Below are positions 1 to 29,923 of a DNA stretch of 64,000 bases, piece after piece. This stretch comes from the human T2T-CHM13v2.0 reference genome, Homo sapiens. The stretch lies in the NCBI RefSeq assembly GCF_009914755.1, contig NC_060941.1; one strand, given 5' to 3'. A program made the translations under genes and the position numbers. Within the stretch, counting starts at the first letter, position 1; the number at the start of each line of letters is the position of its first letter. Below the pieces are notes generated by a model. It ran no database searches, was not told where the DNA came from, and was given only the letters and a program-made list of their open reading frames with translations.

Positions 1-121
1 AGAACATAGACGTTCCCAATTAGAAGGAGAGGTCAGATCAAGATTCTACTTCTATAAAATATCTTATCACCCCATTAGAGTTCTATGAACACCCCATTAC
101 TCAGGGTTGAAGACTAGGTGA

Positions 122-460
<339 letters not shown>

Positions 461-558
461 ACATTCCAGTTTCTAATAGAATTCACCGCAATCTTCATTT
501 AAGTATTATCGAAAGCTGGACAACCATAGACCTCTTTATGTTAAGATGAGCAAGTGGT

Positions 559-1490
<932 letters not shown>

Positions 1491-1731
1491 CAGAATTCTG
1501 CAACCCTGTAAGCCACAAGTCATTAAAGCATATAGTACAGAATTCTGAGGGTAATTTAAGAATTCGACATTCAGCTAAGTTGTCATGCAATTGTGAAGAC
1601 CTCAGAAATAAGTACTCAGATATAAAAGACTCAAAAATGATACCACCCAGGTTATCTGTTCTGAAAGAAAACTGCTCAAAGATATACTTTTGCTGAATGA
1701 GAACTTAAGAATAAAAAAGAACTATAAAAGA

Positions 1732-2164
<433 letters not shown>

Positions 2165-2431
2165 TTAAAAGGACAAACAATATTAATAAAACTGAGCTGG
2201 GAGGGTTGGGAGTGGGAGGTAAAGAATGAGGGAAAATAAAAGTATGCTAAATACCCCAATCATACACAGGAGAAATCAAGAGCTGCTGTTTCATTTTAAC
2301 ATTGAAAATAGGTGGGTTTTTTTAAAATTTAAAGGTAGGCACTTTTAGAATAAAACCCAGATGATCATCTTTCGAAGCAGTAGACAGCATTTTAAAAGCA
2401 AAGAAAACAGTTCATATAGAAATAGACAAAA

Positions 2432-2725
<294 letters not shown>

Positions 2726-2873
2726 TCAAACATCAGAACATCTATTCAATCCAAGCTATACCAGTGTGTGTATGTGTGATAAACAATATCTTATTCATTC
2801 ATTTATATTCCTTAATCTTATAGATCATAAAGTCATGAAAATTAAGTTAGTAAAACATATGAAATGCTATAAG

Positions 2874-3489
<616 letters not shown>

Positions 3490-3795
3490 TTATTTCTATG
3501 GTAATTCCAGTTTGATTTAAAACATAGAAATGTACACACAGCTATATAGCATAATGATTGAGATTATAGACTTTTAGATCTAGATTTGCATCTCAGATCT
3601 ACCATTTACTAATGACATGACCTTAAGCAAATAAATTGATACTCTCAGCCTCCGTTTACTCATTTATAAAGTAAGAATAAAAATATCTTCTCATATAACT
3701 ATTGAGAGGATTACAAGAGTTAATATGTTTAAAAAGGAAATGAAGTTTCCTGGCATATTCAGTAAATAACTAGTATATCCTTATGTATGTGATAA

Positions 3796-5378
<1,583 letters not shown>

Positions 5379-5940
5379 CTATAAATGCAGCTGTGTCTTT
5401 CATATAGTTTAAGTTCAGTTTTAGCAAAACAAAACAAATGTCTTTTCCTTTGCATGGTGAATGCCTTGGAGTTACTCCAGAATAACATTGAATTATTCAC
5501 ATTGAATGGTGAATGCCTGGAGTTAATCCAGAATAATGTGAAATCAAACTTTATTTCAGTAAGAACCTCTAAGCCTAAAATCCTGTAAACTGAATCAGTC
5601 TTGGTACATGTATCTGTTCCAAAAACTAGTCTCCAAATATACAGAGATTAGGGCTTGGCACTAGGAGATTAGATGTGGTAGACAAATGCTACTTGATGGT
5701 GAGGGTAGAGATGGGGTGACGGTAGAGGATGCTTAAACCCAACATCAATCATTTAAATATTGTTAGTAACATTTATTTCTACCCCAAGCTATCCTTTACC
5801 AGAGTAGCATGTAATAAACAACATTTCATTCATTTATTCATTTATTCTCTCAATTAATATGTATTTAAGAGCCTGCTATACATGCAGCATGCAGCACTGT
5901 GTTAGGCATTGCGTTAACATGAAGAACAAAACAGATGGGG

Positions 5941-7050
<1,110 letters not shown>

Positions 7051-7961
7051 ACAAAGGCCATTAAGATAGAAAAAAAGCTTGGAGCCTTGGGGTAACTGAA
7101 AGAAGACCAGTGCAACCTCTTATGGAAAGGTGTGTGTAGGCTTCACTGTTCCTCATCCCAGTAAGAACAGAGCACAGTGCAATGATACAGTGCACAGATG
7201 GCAGCAGCACAGGTCTTTCTCAGGTCTGACACCTAACTTTAACTTTATTGCTGGGCCTTGTTTCAGCATCTTCAAAATGAGAATAATGGATTTCCTTCCT
7301 GAATCCCTTGTGAAAATTCACTCTATTTCATCTGCACAATACTTGCCCTTTTTATGATGTTACGTAAGCATGTATGTCATGTAATAATCAACAAAATGTG
7401 GCATTTTTACTATTAAAATGCACATTCTGAGGAAGAAGAGTAGAAACTCCCTACCAGTATAGGAAGTGAAAGGAGAGAATTATATTCGCGCATTAGCAAT
7501 TGTCATTCAATTCCAGAAGGCTAATTATGATCATGAGCTAGGTCACCTATTTTTGTGAAAGTAAACTGTTATTTGCAAGGAAATGCTCTATTTGAAGCTT
7601 TCTCAATGGGAATCCACTGGCTTAGCCTGAGAGTTTTCTTGTAAGTTTTCTAGATCGTCATGGTTTTCACTTAAACTCTTGCTTTGAGCCATGTGGTACC
7701 TGGATAAGTGTCAGAATCAAACTGACAAGAATATATCCAGAGCGAGTCTCACCCCAACCTCTACCACCATTCTGCATTGGTCCTTAACTCCCATTTGGTA
7801 GCTCTTATTAAATAGTAGAAATGTAATACTGAAGTATCACCCCCTTATCACCTTATATAGCTTTTCATAGAATTTTACTACCATAATTTGTTTGTTACCA
7901 TAATTTGCTGAACACTTGCATGCAATAGTTTAGTTAAGCCCTGCAACTACACTATGTATGA

Positions 7962-8321
<360 letters not shown>

Positions 8322-8354
8322 TAAAGTATCCACGAACACTGAATTAGTGAATAG

Positions 8355-8715
<361 letters not shown>

Positions 8716-8795
8716 CTCTGATAACAATATTTTCATCAACCAATCAAAGACATTATGTTCAATACATACTGTTGACTCCTTAACATTAAACCCAT

Positions 8796-8941
8796 GGCTG
8801 GGTTTGGTGGCTCATGCCTGTAATTGCAGCACTTTGGGAGGCTGAGGCGAGAGGATCCCTTGAGCTCATGAGTGTGATACCAGCCTAGGCAACATAGTGA
8901 GACTTCATCTCTAAAAAAATTAAAATTTAAATTTAAAAAAA
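8796..8941 (+). mobile_element. FLAM / Alu left monomer
   Basis: Single Alu arm with A-rich tail. Confidence 0.8.
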
Positions 8942-9389
8942 TCATTGAACTCATGGCCAGCAGCATTATAACTCATGCTTGAATGAAGCTTATCTAACAC
9001 ACATCTTTTTTCCATCTTTTCTCCATCACAATTTTCTTGCACTTAAGAACTGTAGACAGAACTTCAGCAATACACTTGGGGGCCATTTTAACAGTGAAAT
9101 CACCAATAAAAAGCACAGAAATGTAGAAAGCATGGCACTAAATAGACGACAACGAGGATACTTGTTACAGTATGAGAGCTAAAACAAGAAGGCAAAACAT
9201 TGCCTTGTTCCACCTTGGCTAGGAACATGCATTTTGGGCAGCTCAAATGTTTTCCTCTTCTGTAGTGTCAAGCAATGAGTGAAAAAACATCATGAGTATT
9301 GATTTTGGGGTTACAAATAAATTTTGGCATGTAAGCAAATTCATAAATACAGAATCTGCAAATCATGAGAATAAATTATAGGTTAATGA

Positions 9390-9530
9390 TTTTCACAATT
9401 CAGATAAAAAAATTGAAGATGAGAGAGGTTAAAGTCACTTACCCAAAGTTACTCTGATAATAAGTGATAGAGATGGGATTTAAACACACATCTGCCCAAC
9501 ACCAAAGCCAAATGCACTTGACCACTATTA
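9390..9530 (-). mobile_element. MIR fragment
   Basis: CAGATAAAAAAATTGAAGATGAGAGAGGTTAAAGTCACTTACCCAAAGTT resembles MIR core. Confidence 0.7.
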
Positions 9531-9780
9531 TCTTCTGAAGTCCTTTAATAAGGAACTAGTTAAACAAATTATGGTAGTAAAATTCTACGGAAAGCTACAT
9601 AAGGTGATAAGTGGGTGATACTTTAGTATTACGTTCCTACTATTTAATAAGAGCTTCCAAAAGAGATCTTAGATGCTATATAAGTAATTTTCTATTTCTT
9701 TCTTTCTTGATTCTCACAGTTACCCAATGAAGTAGGTGCCATCAGAATTACCATTTAATGGATTAAAAAATTGAGGCTCA

Positions 9781-11068
<1,288 letters not shown>

Positions 11069-11139
11069 TTAATGAGTCATATATTCAACATCACAAGTTT
11101 ACTTTTTTTATAAGAATACTATAAATAACTTTCTCCCCA

Positions 11140-12530
11140 ATTTACTTGGATGAAAGTTGACAACATTATGTCCCATTACCCACAAATACAGTATGTAATT
11201 AGAGTGTAATTCCTACAAATATAAATATTCTCCTACATAACCACAATACAATTATCAAAATCAGCAAATTAACACTGATACATTACTACCATCATTGTCC
11301 CTTTAATGCCCTTTGTAGCTATAGCATTCAACCCAAGATCGTATGTTGCATTTAGTTGTGTCCTTTTATCTGAAACAGTAGTTCCTCAATCTTTCCTTGA
11401 CTTTCAATATCTTACACTTTTGAAGATTACAGGCCAATTATTTGGTAGAATATTCCTCAGGTTTGTCTGATGATTCTTCATGAATAGAGTCAAGTAATTT
11501 ATTTTTGGCAAGATTATCACAGAAGTGATGCTGTGTTTTTCTCATTACATCCTATCAGGTGGTGCACAATTTCAATTTGTCCTGTTAGTGGTAATGTCAA
11601 CTTTGATCACTTGATTAAGGTGGTATCTGCCAGGTTTCTCCACTGTAAAGTTACTTTTTCACTTTGAAATTATGAAGTATTTTGAGGGGAAGTATTTTGA
11701 GACTATACAAATATTCTGTTCCTCATCAAATTTTCACTCACTAGTTTTAGCGTCCACAATATTTCCTGGCTGGTTTTTTGTGGGTTTGTCTGTTTGTTTT
11801 GAGACAGAGTCTCACTCTGTCTCCCAGGCTAAAGTGCAGTGGCACGATCTCAGCTCACTGCAGGCTTTGCCCCTGGGCTCAAGGGATTCTCGTGTCTCAG
11901 CCTCCCAAGTAGCTGGGACTACTGGTGCACACCACCACACCAGGCTAATTTTTTGTATTTTTAGTAGAGATGGGGTTTCACCATATCAGCCAGGCTGGTC
12001 TTGAACTCCTGATCTCAAGAGATCTGCCCGCCTCAGCCCCACAAAGTGTTGGGATTACAGGCGTGAGCCACCGCGCCCAGATTCCTATTTTATATAATTC
12101 ATTACTATATTATTTATTTTGATGCTCTTATTGTCCCGAATTTAATCCCATAGAGCTAGCTTCTGTGTTGTTTGACATGCTCCCATTATTCTTTGAATAC
12201 TATCTTATTTTGGCACAATATATTGTTCCAAGCTTATCTTGTACTTTTCATATCCCAGACCTGGAATAAGCTGTATTTCCCAGCATCCTTGAAATCTTTT
12301 AACAGAGTACCATATAGAAACCAAGATATCGGCTGGGCAGTGCGGCTCACACCTGTAATCTCAGCCCTCTGGGAGGCCGAGGTGGGTGAATCGCTTGAGT
12401 CCAGAAGTTGAAGGCCAGCCTGAGTAACATGGCGAAACCTACAAAACAAAAACAAAAACAAAAAAACAGAAACCAAGATAAGGGCACTTGGTGTGCTCAT
12501 TGATATTGGGTTGTTGCTGCTCCCAGACCG
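11140..12530 (-). mobile_element. L1MC-type 3' region with Alu 11790-12080 (-) and FLAM 12331-12470 (+)
   Basis: CCTACATAACCACAATACAATTATCAAAATCAG, TTTGATCACTTGATTAAGGTGGTATCTGCCAGG, AGAAACCAAGAT are L1MC4-like motifs. Confidence 0.75.
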
Positions 12531-12554
12531 TATATGAGCTAAAGGATATATATC

Positions 12555-13828
<1,274 letters not shown>

Positions 13829-13874
13829 TGTCTCTTATACATTTAAATTTAAATAAATCACAACACTTAAGCTA

Positions 13875-14400
<526 letters not shown>

Positions 14401-14405
14401 TTGAG

Positions 14406-15228
<823 letters not shown>

Positions 15229-15831
15229 TGAATATTGTATCTTATTTCTTCCCTTGTACTACTATTTTTATTCCCTCACTTTCTTCTTCTCTTCCTATCT
15301 GTCTGCCTGCCTCATCCCTTCCTCCTCTCCTTTTTAAATGCCTCCTTCCCCTAACTAGGTGATACACAGCTTTATAATAAGAACTATTTGTTCTGCAAGT
15401 TTACAGTGTAGTAGGCAGATATCAAAAAGTCTGGCTAGTGATTTACACACTAACTTCAGGGGAGCTATATCTAAAGAGTACAATGAAATAAAGCCCAGTT
15501 AGATTGCTCTAGTTTCAGAATTAGCTCCAAATCAGAGGAAAAATTATTTTTCATTATTTTTCTTACTAGAAAATGTTAGCATTTCAATTCTGGAATCAGA
15601 TAAACCTGGATTCAGATATCATTCTTCAACTGTGGGCTGTGTAATCGTGAGCAAGTCCCTTAAACTCTCTGAACTTACATTTCTATTTTTGGACTGCCTA
15701 AGCTCATGAGCTTTGTAATTAGAGAGACTAGCTTTCAATCCTGCTTCTTCTTCTTACTTATGTAGACTTGCGCAAACTATTTGCTCTCGATAAAATACAG
15801 ACCTAGGCCGGGCACAGTAAAATACAGACCA

Positions 15832-16445
<614 letters not shown>

Positions 16446-16786
16446 TCAAAGGTTTATCATGGGAAAATGTATATCAAGTGCTTAGCACAGTTCCTTGGCA
16501 CATATCACATGTTCAATAATTATTAACTTTATGTTCTTTTCTTCCATTTTGAAATAAGAATAATAAAAATCTACAGCAAAAGTGCTTGTGAAGACTTAGA
16601 TGAGATGACACACAGTCTGAAAAGTATCTGGCACAAAGTTAGTGCTCAGTAAATATTAGCTATGATAGGCACACAGAGTTGTTGTGAGGACTCATTGGGA
16701 TAAGATGTATGATACTCATAATCATTGTTGTCCTCTCCTGACAAGGGGAAATTCTCACCCTGAATTCAGAGAATTTTGACTATACC

Positions 16787-17737
<951 letters not shown>

Positions 17738-18063
17738 GCCATTCTACACCTTGCTTAATCCCTACACTTATCACTTATTTACATCCTGCGATGCTCTAGA
17801 AGTCAGCAACCAGGCATTTCAATTCAGACCAGTCTTGGTAGTGTCCTTTTGATCCTAAGGTCCTGCTCCTGAAATGGCCGGTGCCATCCAGCTCTTCCCA
17901 GATGAATGGCTGGACCAGACGTCACAAAGAGAAAAGGAAAAGCAGATGGAAAGGAATGTTCCAAAATCTTTAAGATAAATGGCAAGAACTACGTCTGCCT
18001 GGGAAACCACTTTAAAGGCCATGCAAAGGATAAAAGGAGGACCAGTGGAAAGAGCAGTATCCA

Positions 18064-18077
18064 ATTGCTATGGCAAC
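18064..18077. promoter_or_regulatory. RFX X-box-like motif
   Basis: ATTGCTATGGCAAC versus palindromic GTTGCCATGGCAAC, in non-Alu sequence; motif only. Confidence 0.45.
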
Positions 18078-18338
18078 TGAAATTTTGCAAATAAATACTT
18101 CAGCATAGCTTGTTTATCAAACACACTGACCTATTCTTTCTGTTCTTTGGTCCCCCTCCTGCTTCCTCATCCTTCCTTCATTAGTATACACCCATTCCTA
18201 CCATACCTTGGGACAAAAGGAAAAGTACTCCCTCTGAGCCATTCCCCCCACCAAATAAAATCTAGCAGTATACTGTTTGTTCATACACTGGAACAGGAAG
18301 TGTCTTTACTATATATCATGAACTCTGTCCCTTTACAG

Positions 18339-18369
18339 GTGTTGTCATATTGAGCTCCTGGGAAGTATG
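18339..18369 (+). other. Candidate 31-nt exon
   Basis: CTCTGTCCCTTTACAG|G acceptor and ATG|GTAAGC donor; no transcript evidence. Confidence 0.25.
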
Positions 18370-18559
18370 GTAAGCCAGGAACCTTTTCAAAATCCTGACA
18401 ATCAAAGGCACACTGGTGTACTAATGACTAGCTGAGTCACCAAATTTCTCTAAGCCTCCCTTTCCCTGTGTGCATGAGGGAAATACTGCTCTAAATTATA
18501 GAAAATATGGGCAAGATTTGGGTCATTTGTATTCTTATTCAACTGACCCAGTTTGGGCC

Positions 18560-20268
<1,709 letters not shown>

Positions 20269-20384
20269 TAGTGGAACAAGTAGAGAATTAACAAATAAAA
20301 AATAAATAAATTCACATTGTGAATAAATAAACAGGGCAATGAAATAGAGTCATTTTAAGTAGGATGTTATTTATAGTATTGTTT

Positions 20385-20616
20385 GTAGGATTTCCCAACC
20401 TCTGCACTATGGACATTTTGGGCTAGATAATTCTTTCTTGCAAGGCGCTGTCCTGTGTACTGTAGGATATTTAGTAATATCCCTAGAGGCATGTAGTGGC
20501 CTCTAACCACTACATGCCAGTAACAAACAGTCCCTAGGGTTGTGACTATCAAAAATCTTTCTAGAGATTGCCAACAATCTCTGGGGATCAAAATTACCCC
20601 TACTTGAGAACTACTG
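20385..20616 (+). mobile_element. MER20 (hAT-Charlie)
   Basis: GCACTATGGACATTTTGGGCTAGATAATTCTTT..GTTGTGACTATCAAAAAT..TTGAGAACTACTG. Confidence 0.85.
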
Positions 20617-20894
20617 TGTTAAAGGGGTGCCTCTTTGAGTGAATGACATGAGCTGAGACCTAAAAGACAAGACAAAAATAAACCTTCAACACTAGTGAAG
20701 TGTATTCCAGGCAGGAAAGTGGACAGCAACACAAACAATGGGACCACAGTGGCCGAAGATAATGAGTGAGGAGGGGAGTGATATATGATGAGATTGGAGA
20801 CAGAGGCAAGGACATAGATCACATAGTTGCTTGGAGTCATATAAGGAAACTTAGATTTCATTTTAAAGCAGTTGAGACCATAAAAGTTTCATGT

Positions 20895-21207
<313 letters not shown>

Positions 21208-21214
21208 CAACAAG

Positions 21215-22975
21215 CTTAGTTTACTTAGCACAATGTCTTCAAGGTTCATCCACATTGTATCATATATCAGAATTTCACTCCTTTCTTCCATCTGGGGGGC
21301 CTGAAGCAGGGAAGGAAAAGAATTTCATTTTAAGGCTGGATAATATTCTGTATATACATACGTATATATACACAGTATATACATACGTATATATACACAG
21401 TGTATACATACGTATATATACACTGTGTATACATATGTATATATACACAGTGTATATATACGTATATATACACAGTGTATATATACGTATATATACACTG
21501 TGTATATATACACTGTGTACATATACACTGTATATATATACAGTGTATATGTACACAGTGTATATATACACAGTGTATATATACACAGTATATATATACA
21601 CAGTATATATATACATATATAGATACACTATATATATGCACAGTATATATATACGTATATATATGCACAGTGTATATATATACGTATATATATGCACAGT
21701 GTATATATACGTATATATATGCACAGTGTATATATACGTATATATATGCACAGTGTATATATACACATATACGCACAGTATATATATACACGTATATATA
21801 CGCACAGTATATATATACACGTATATATACGCACAGTATATATACACGTATATATACACAGTATATATATATACGTATATATACACAGTATATATATATA
21901 CGTATATATACACAGTATATATATATACGTATATATACACAGTATATATATATACGTATGTATACACAGTATATATATATACGTATGTATACACAGTATA
22001 TATATATACGTATGTATACACAGTATATGTATACGTATATATACACAGTATATGTATACGTATATATACACAGTATATGTATACGTATATATACACAGTA
22101 TATGTATACGTATATATACACAGTATATATATACACATATATATACACAGTATATATATACATATATACACAGTGTATATATATATGCATATATATATAC
22201 ATATACATATACACAGTATATATATATACATATATATATACACTATATTTTGTTTATTCATTTATCTGTCCATGGACATTTGAGTTTCTACCTTTTGGCT
22301 ATTGTGCATAATGTTGCTATGAACATGGGTGTACAGATATCTCTTCAAGACCCTGCTTTCAATTCTTTTGGGTCCTAAAAGTGTAATTGCTAGACCATAT
22401 GGTAATTTTATGTTTATGTTTTTGAGGAGCTACCATACTATTTTCCATAGTCTCATACCATTCTACATTCCCACCATTAATGCATGAGGGTTCCAATTTC
22501 TCTACAATCTGACCAACATTTCTTGTTTTCTGTTTTTTGGTAATAGCCATCCTGATGGGTGTGAAATGGTATCTCATTATAGTTTTTTGTTTTGGTTTGG
22601 TTTTTGTTTTTTTTTTTTTTTTTGAGACAGGGTTTCACTCTGTCACCCAGGCTAGATTGTAGTGGCGTGATCAAGACTCACAGCAGCCTCAACCTCCCGT
22701 GCTCAAGTGATCCTCCCACCTCAGCCTCCTGAGTAGCTGGGGCATTAAGCGCATGCCACCATGCCCAGCTAACTTTTATACTTTTTGTAGAGACGGGGTT
22801 TTGTCATGTTGCCCAGGCTGGTCTCCAACTCCTGGGCTCAAGCGATCCACCCATCTCTGCCTTCCAAATTGCTACAATTACAGGCATGAGCCACCACACA
22901 TGGTTGACTTGTATAGTTCTTCATAGATTCGGAATATTAATTCATTATTCAATATATAATTTGCAAATATCCTAT
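21215..22975 (-). mobile_element. L1M(A/B) 3' region hosting the VNTR and AluJ 22585-22905
   Basis: TTAGCACAATGTCTTCAAGGTTCATCC..GGATAATATT resumes after the VNTR as TTTGTTTATTCATTTATCTGTC..CTATGAACATGGGTGTACAGATATCTCTTCAAGACCC. Confidence 0.88.
21349..22246. repeat. TA-rich VNTR, ~22-26 bp units (TATATATACACAGTATATATATATACG variants)
   Basis: Tandem units directly visible; source of the long Y/I/T/V ORFs. Confidence 0.97.
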
Positions 22976-23125
22976 TTTGCGGATAAGATGGAAATTTTAA
23001 GATTTAGTGCCTGATTAAGCAAATGCTGTGAAACAACTTCATCAAAACAAGCTCTAGTCTTGTTTCAGCTTGCTCTGGAGGTCTGGGTCAAGGTGATATT
23101 AAATAGTGGCTTAAAACAGTTCATG

Positions 23126-23790
<665 letters not shown>

Positions 23791-24199
23791 CTAGATATTT
23801 TATTTTCCTCCTGAGAATCAAGGCAGAGGAAGCCATGAATGTGAGAGTCAAGGTAAGGCTGGAAATAAAAGACTGTCCTATTCTTATCACAGATGGATTA
23901 TTCTCTTATTTTCTAACTTAGTCTGTAAGTTTCTTGATGGCAGGTACTGCTATATAAATTTAAAACCAATATTCTATTCAGCACCTAGCACATCAGCCTT
24001 TACATAGTAAATGCTCAATAAATTATTGTTTATTGACATTAATTGATTAACAATTCCTATAATTCTAGAAGATTGTCATGGTCTATATTGTCTCATATGA
24101 ATAATAACAGATTGCATTCTTACTTGAATATTTGATATCAAATAAATATTTGTATAAAGTATTTATAAAATTATAAAATAAAGATATGCTACAAAGCTT

Positions 24200-25379
<1,180 letters not shown>

Positions 25380-25396
25380 GTATGATCAGTTCTTAT

Positions 25397-26204
<808 letters not shown>

Positions 26205-26393
26205 CATAGTAAAGAGAAGGATGAAATAAAATCATCTTTGTCACAGATGACATGATTATGTAGAAAACTGGAAATGACAAAAGAAACACTTGGAACTAAT
26301 AAGCAATTATAGCAAGTGATGATAGTTGCAGAATGCAAGGTTAGTATACAAAAGTCAGCCAGTTGCGGTGGCACGAGCCTGTAGTCACAGCTA

Positions 26394-27158
<765 letters not shown>

Positions 27159-27166
27159 TGAAATGC

Positions 27167-27607
27167 TTTTTTACAAGAGCACAAATCCACTTTTATTTAT
27201 TGACTTTTCATTAGTTTAAATCCTTGAGGGGTACAGCATGAGGGTACAGCATCACTTGGATTCTGTGTCCAATAGCCTTAGCAGGAAGATTGCTTCGGAA
27301 TTTGGCACAAGCCATGCCACTGTTTCTGTGGGCCAGAGTTACCTTTCCCCAGATTACTCTGGTTTTGTTTGATTGCCGCCAGGAGTCACTTTGTTGTTCT
27401 TTGCTTTGTATACATAAGCACATCTCTTGCCCAAATAGAATTCTGTTTCATCTCGGGCATAAACACCGTCAATTTTAAGGAAAGTTGTGTGCTCTCTGTT
27501 CCGGAGACCCTGCTTATAGCCAGCAAAAATGGCCTTGGACCACAGCTTCCAGACATATTTTCTTTTAGAAGTCTTGTTCCCAGCAGGATCCAAGATGGCA
27601 GGAAAAA
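27167..27607 (-). pseudogene. RPL35A: RPL35A (60S ribosomal protein L35a/eL33) processed pseudogene
   Basis: Translations [51 protein letters not shown] and [43 protein letters not shown] match RPL35A; intronless; ATG 27556-27554, ancestral TAA 27218-27216, AATAAA, poly(A) remnant; frameshifts after codon 4 and near 27370, 13-bp duplication near the end. Confidence 0.97.
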
Positions 27608-27626
27608 CCAAAATGAAATATTTTGA

Positions 27627-27944
<318 letters not shown>

Positions 27945-28344
27945 TAAATCTAACAAAATATGTTTAAGATCTATGAGGAAAACTAAAAACTCTGATTTTA
28001 AAAAATCAAAGAAGAACCAAATAAATAGGGAGATATTCAATGATTATGGGTAGAAAAACTCAATTATCAAGACATCAGTTCTTCACAACTTGATTTATAG
28101 ATTTCAATACAATCCCAATCGAAATTCCAGCAAATGATTGTATGGATATCAACAAACTAATTCTATAGCCAACACAATACTGAAGGAGAAGGCAAAGTTA
28201 GAAGACTGACAAGGTCAGAGGACTGATATTACCTGACTTCAAGACTTACTATAAAGCTACAGTAATCAAAACAGTGTAGTATTGCTGAGAAAATAGACAA
28301 ATAGATCAATGGAAAAGAATAGAGACCAGAAAGAGCCCTGGCAG

Positions 28345-28455
28345 AAAAGTAGAGGGGGAGGGTGGTAGGATGGGGAAGGGAAGAGGGTGGAGAGGAGCGA
28401 AGAGTAGGGAGGGGAGGTGGAGGACAGGTAGAAGATTGAAAATGGATGGAGGGAT
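28345..28455 (+). repeat. GA/G-rich low-complexity tract
   Basis: Multiple GGG runs, strongly purine-biased. Confidence 0.75.
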
Positions 28456-28747
28456 GATGCCTGGAATACAAACCAGGATGTGTTCTAGAGCACTTATGGA
28501 TAGGCTTGGAGAGAAGGCAGGACTCTTTTTCCTTTGAGACTAGGGAGAAAGATGGAGACTGCTGGTAAGACAGAGATAATTTGTTCAGAGGCAGGGCAAG
28601 AAGTTGAGGGAATCCCTGACTGATGTAACATGTTATTCATCCAGCAAATGATTATTGGGCAACATTTATGTGTCAAGCCCTAAGCCCAGTGCTAGAGATT
28701 CAGAGATGAATGAGATAAAGCGCTTGCTCTCTCAGAACTTAGAGTCT

Positions 28748-29386
<639 letters not shown>

Positions 29387-29621
29387 CCTCTACTTTCTTT
29401 ATGAAGTAGAAGATAAAGTTTTGCTGGAAGGAGGTGTGTGGGAGACTTAGGGGACTTGAGTAGAGTGGCGAATATTTAGAATACTTTTTCAGGAAATGAG
29501 AAACCAAAAATGAATAGGAAAATGTTGTAAGAATTGCTGCTTGCCATGGAGTATCCAGATGAGAACAGATATGTTTATGGTAGTATGAATCCAAAAAGCG
29601 ATGTTATTTTTTTCCTACTAA

Positions 29622-29923
<302 letters not shown>

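Noticed and set aside
21349-22246. CRISPR-like regular array
   Set aside because: Contiguous tandem units with no unique spacers, no cas genes, and a primate context.
21255-22378. Longest ORFs (228-342 aa, Y/I/T/V-rich) on both strands
   Set aside because: The TA-rich VNTR lacks stop codons in all frames; low-complexity artefact.
23795-23858. Possible plus-strand exon ending AAG|GTAAGG
   Set aside because: Weak acceptor and no supporting context.
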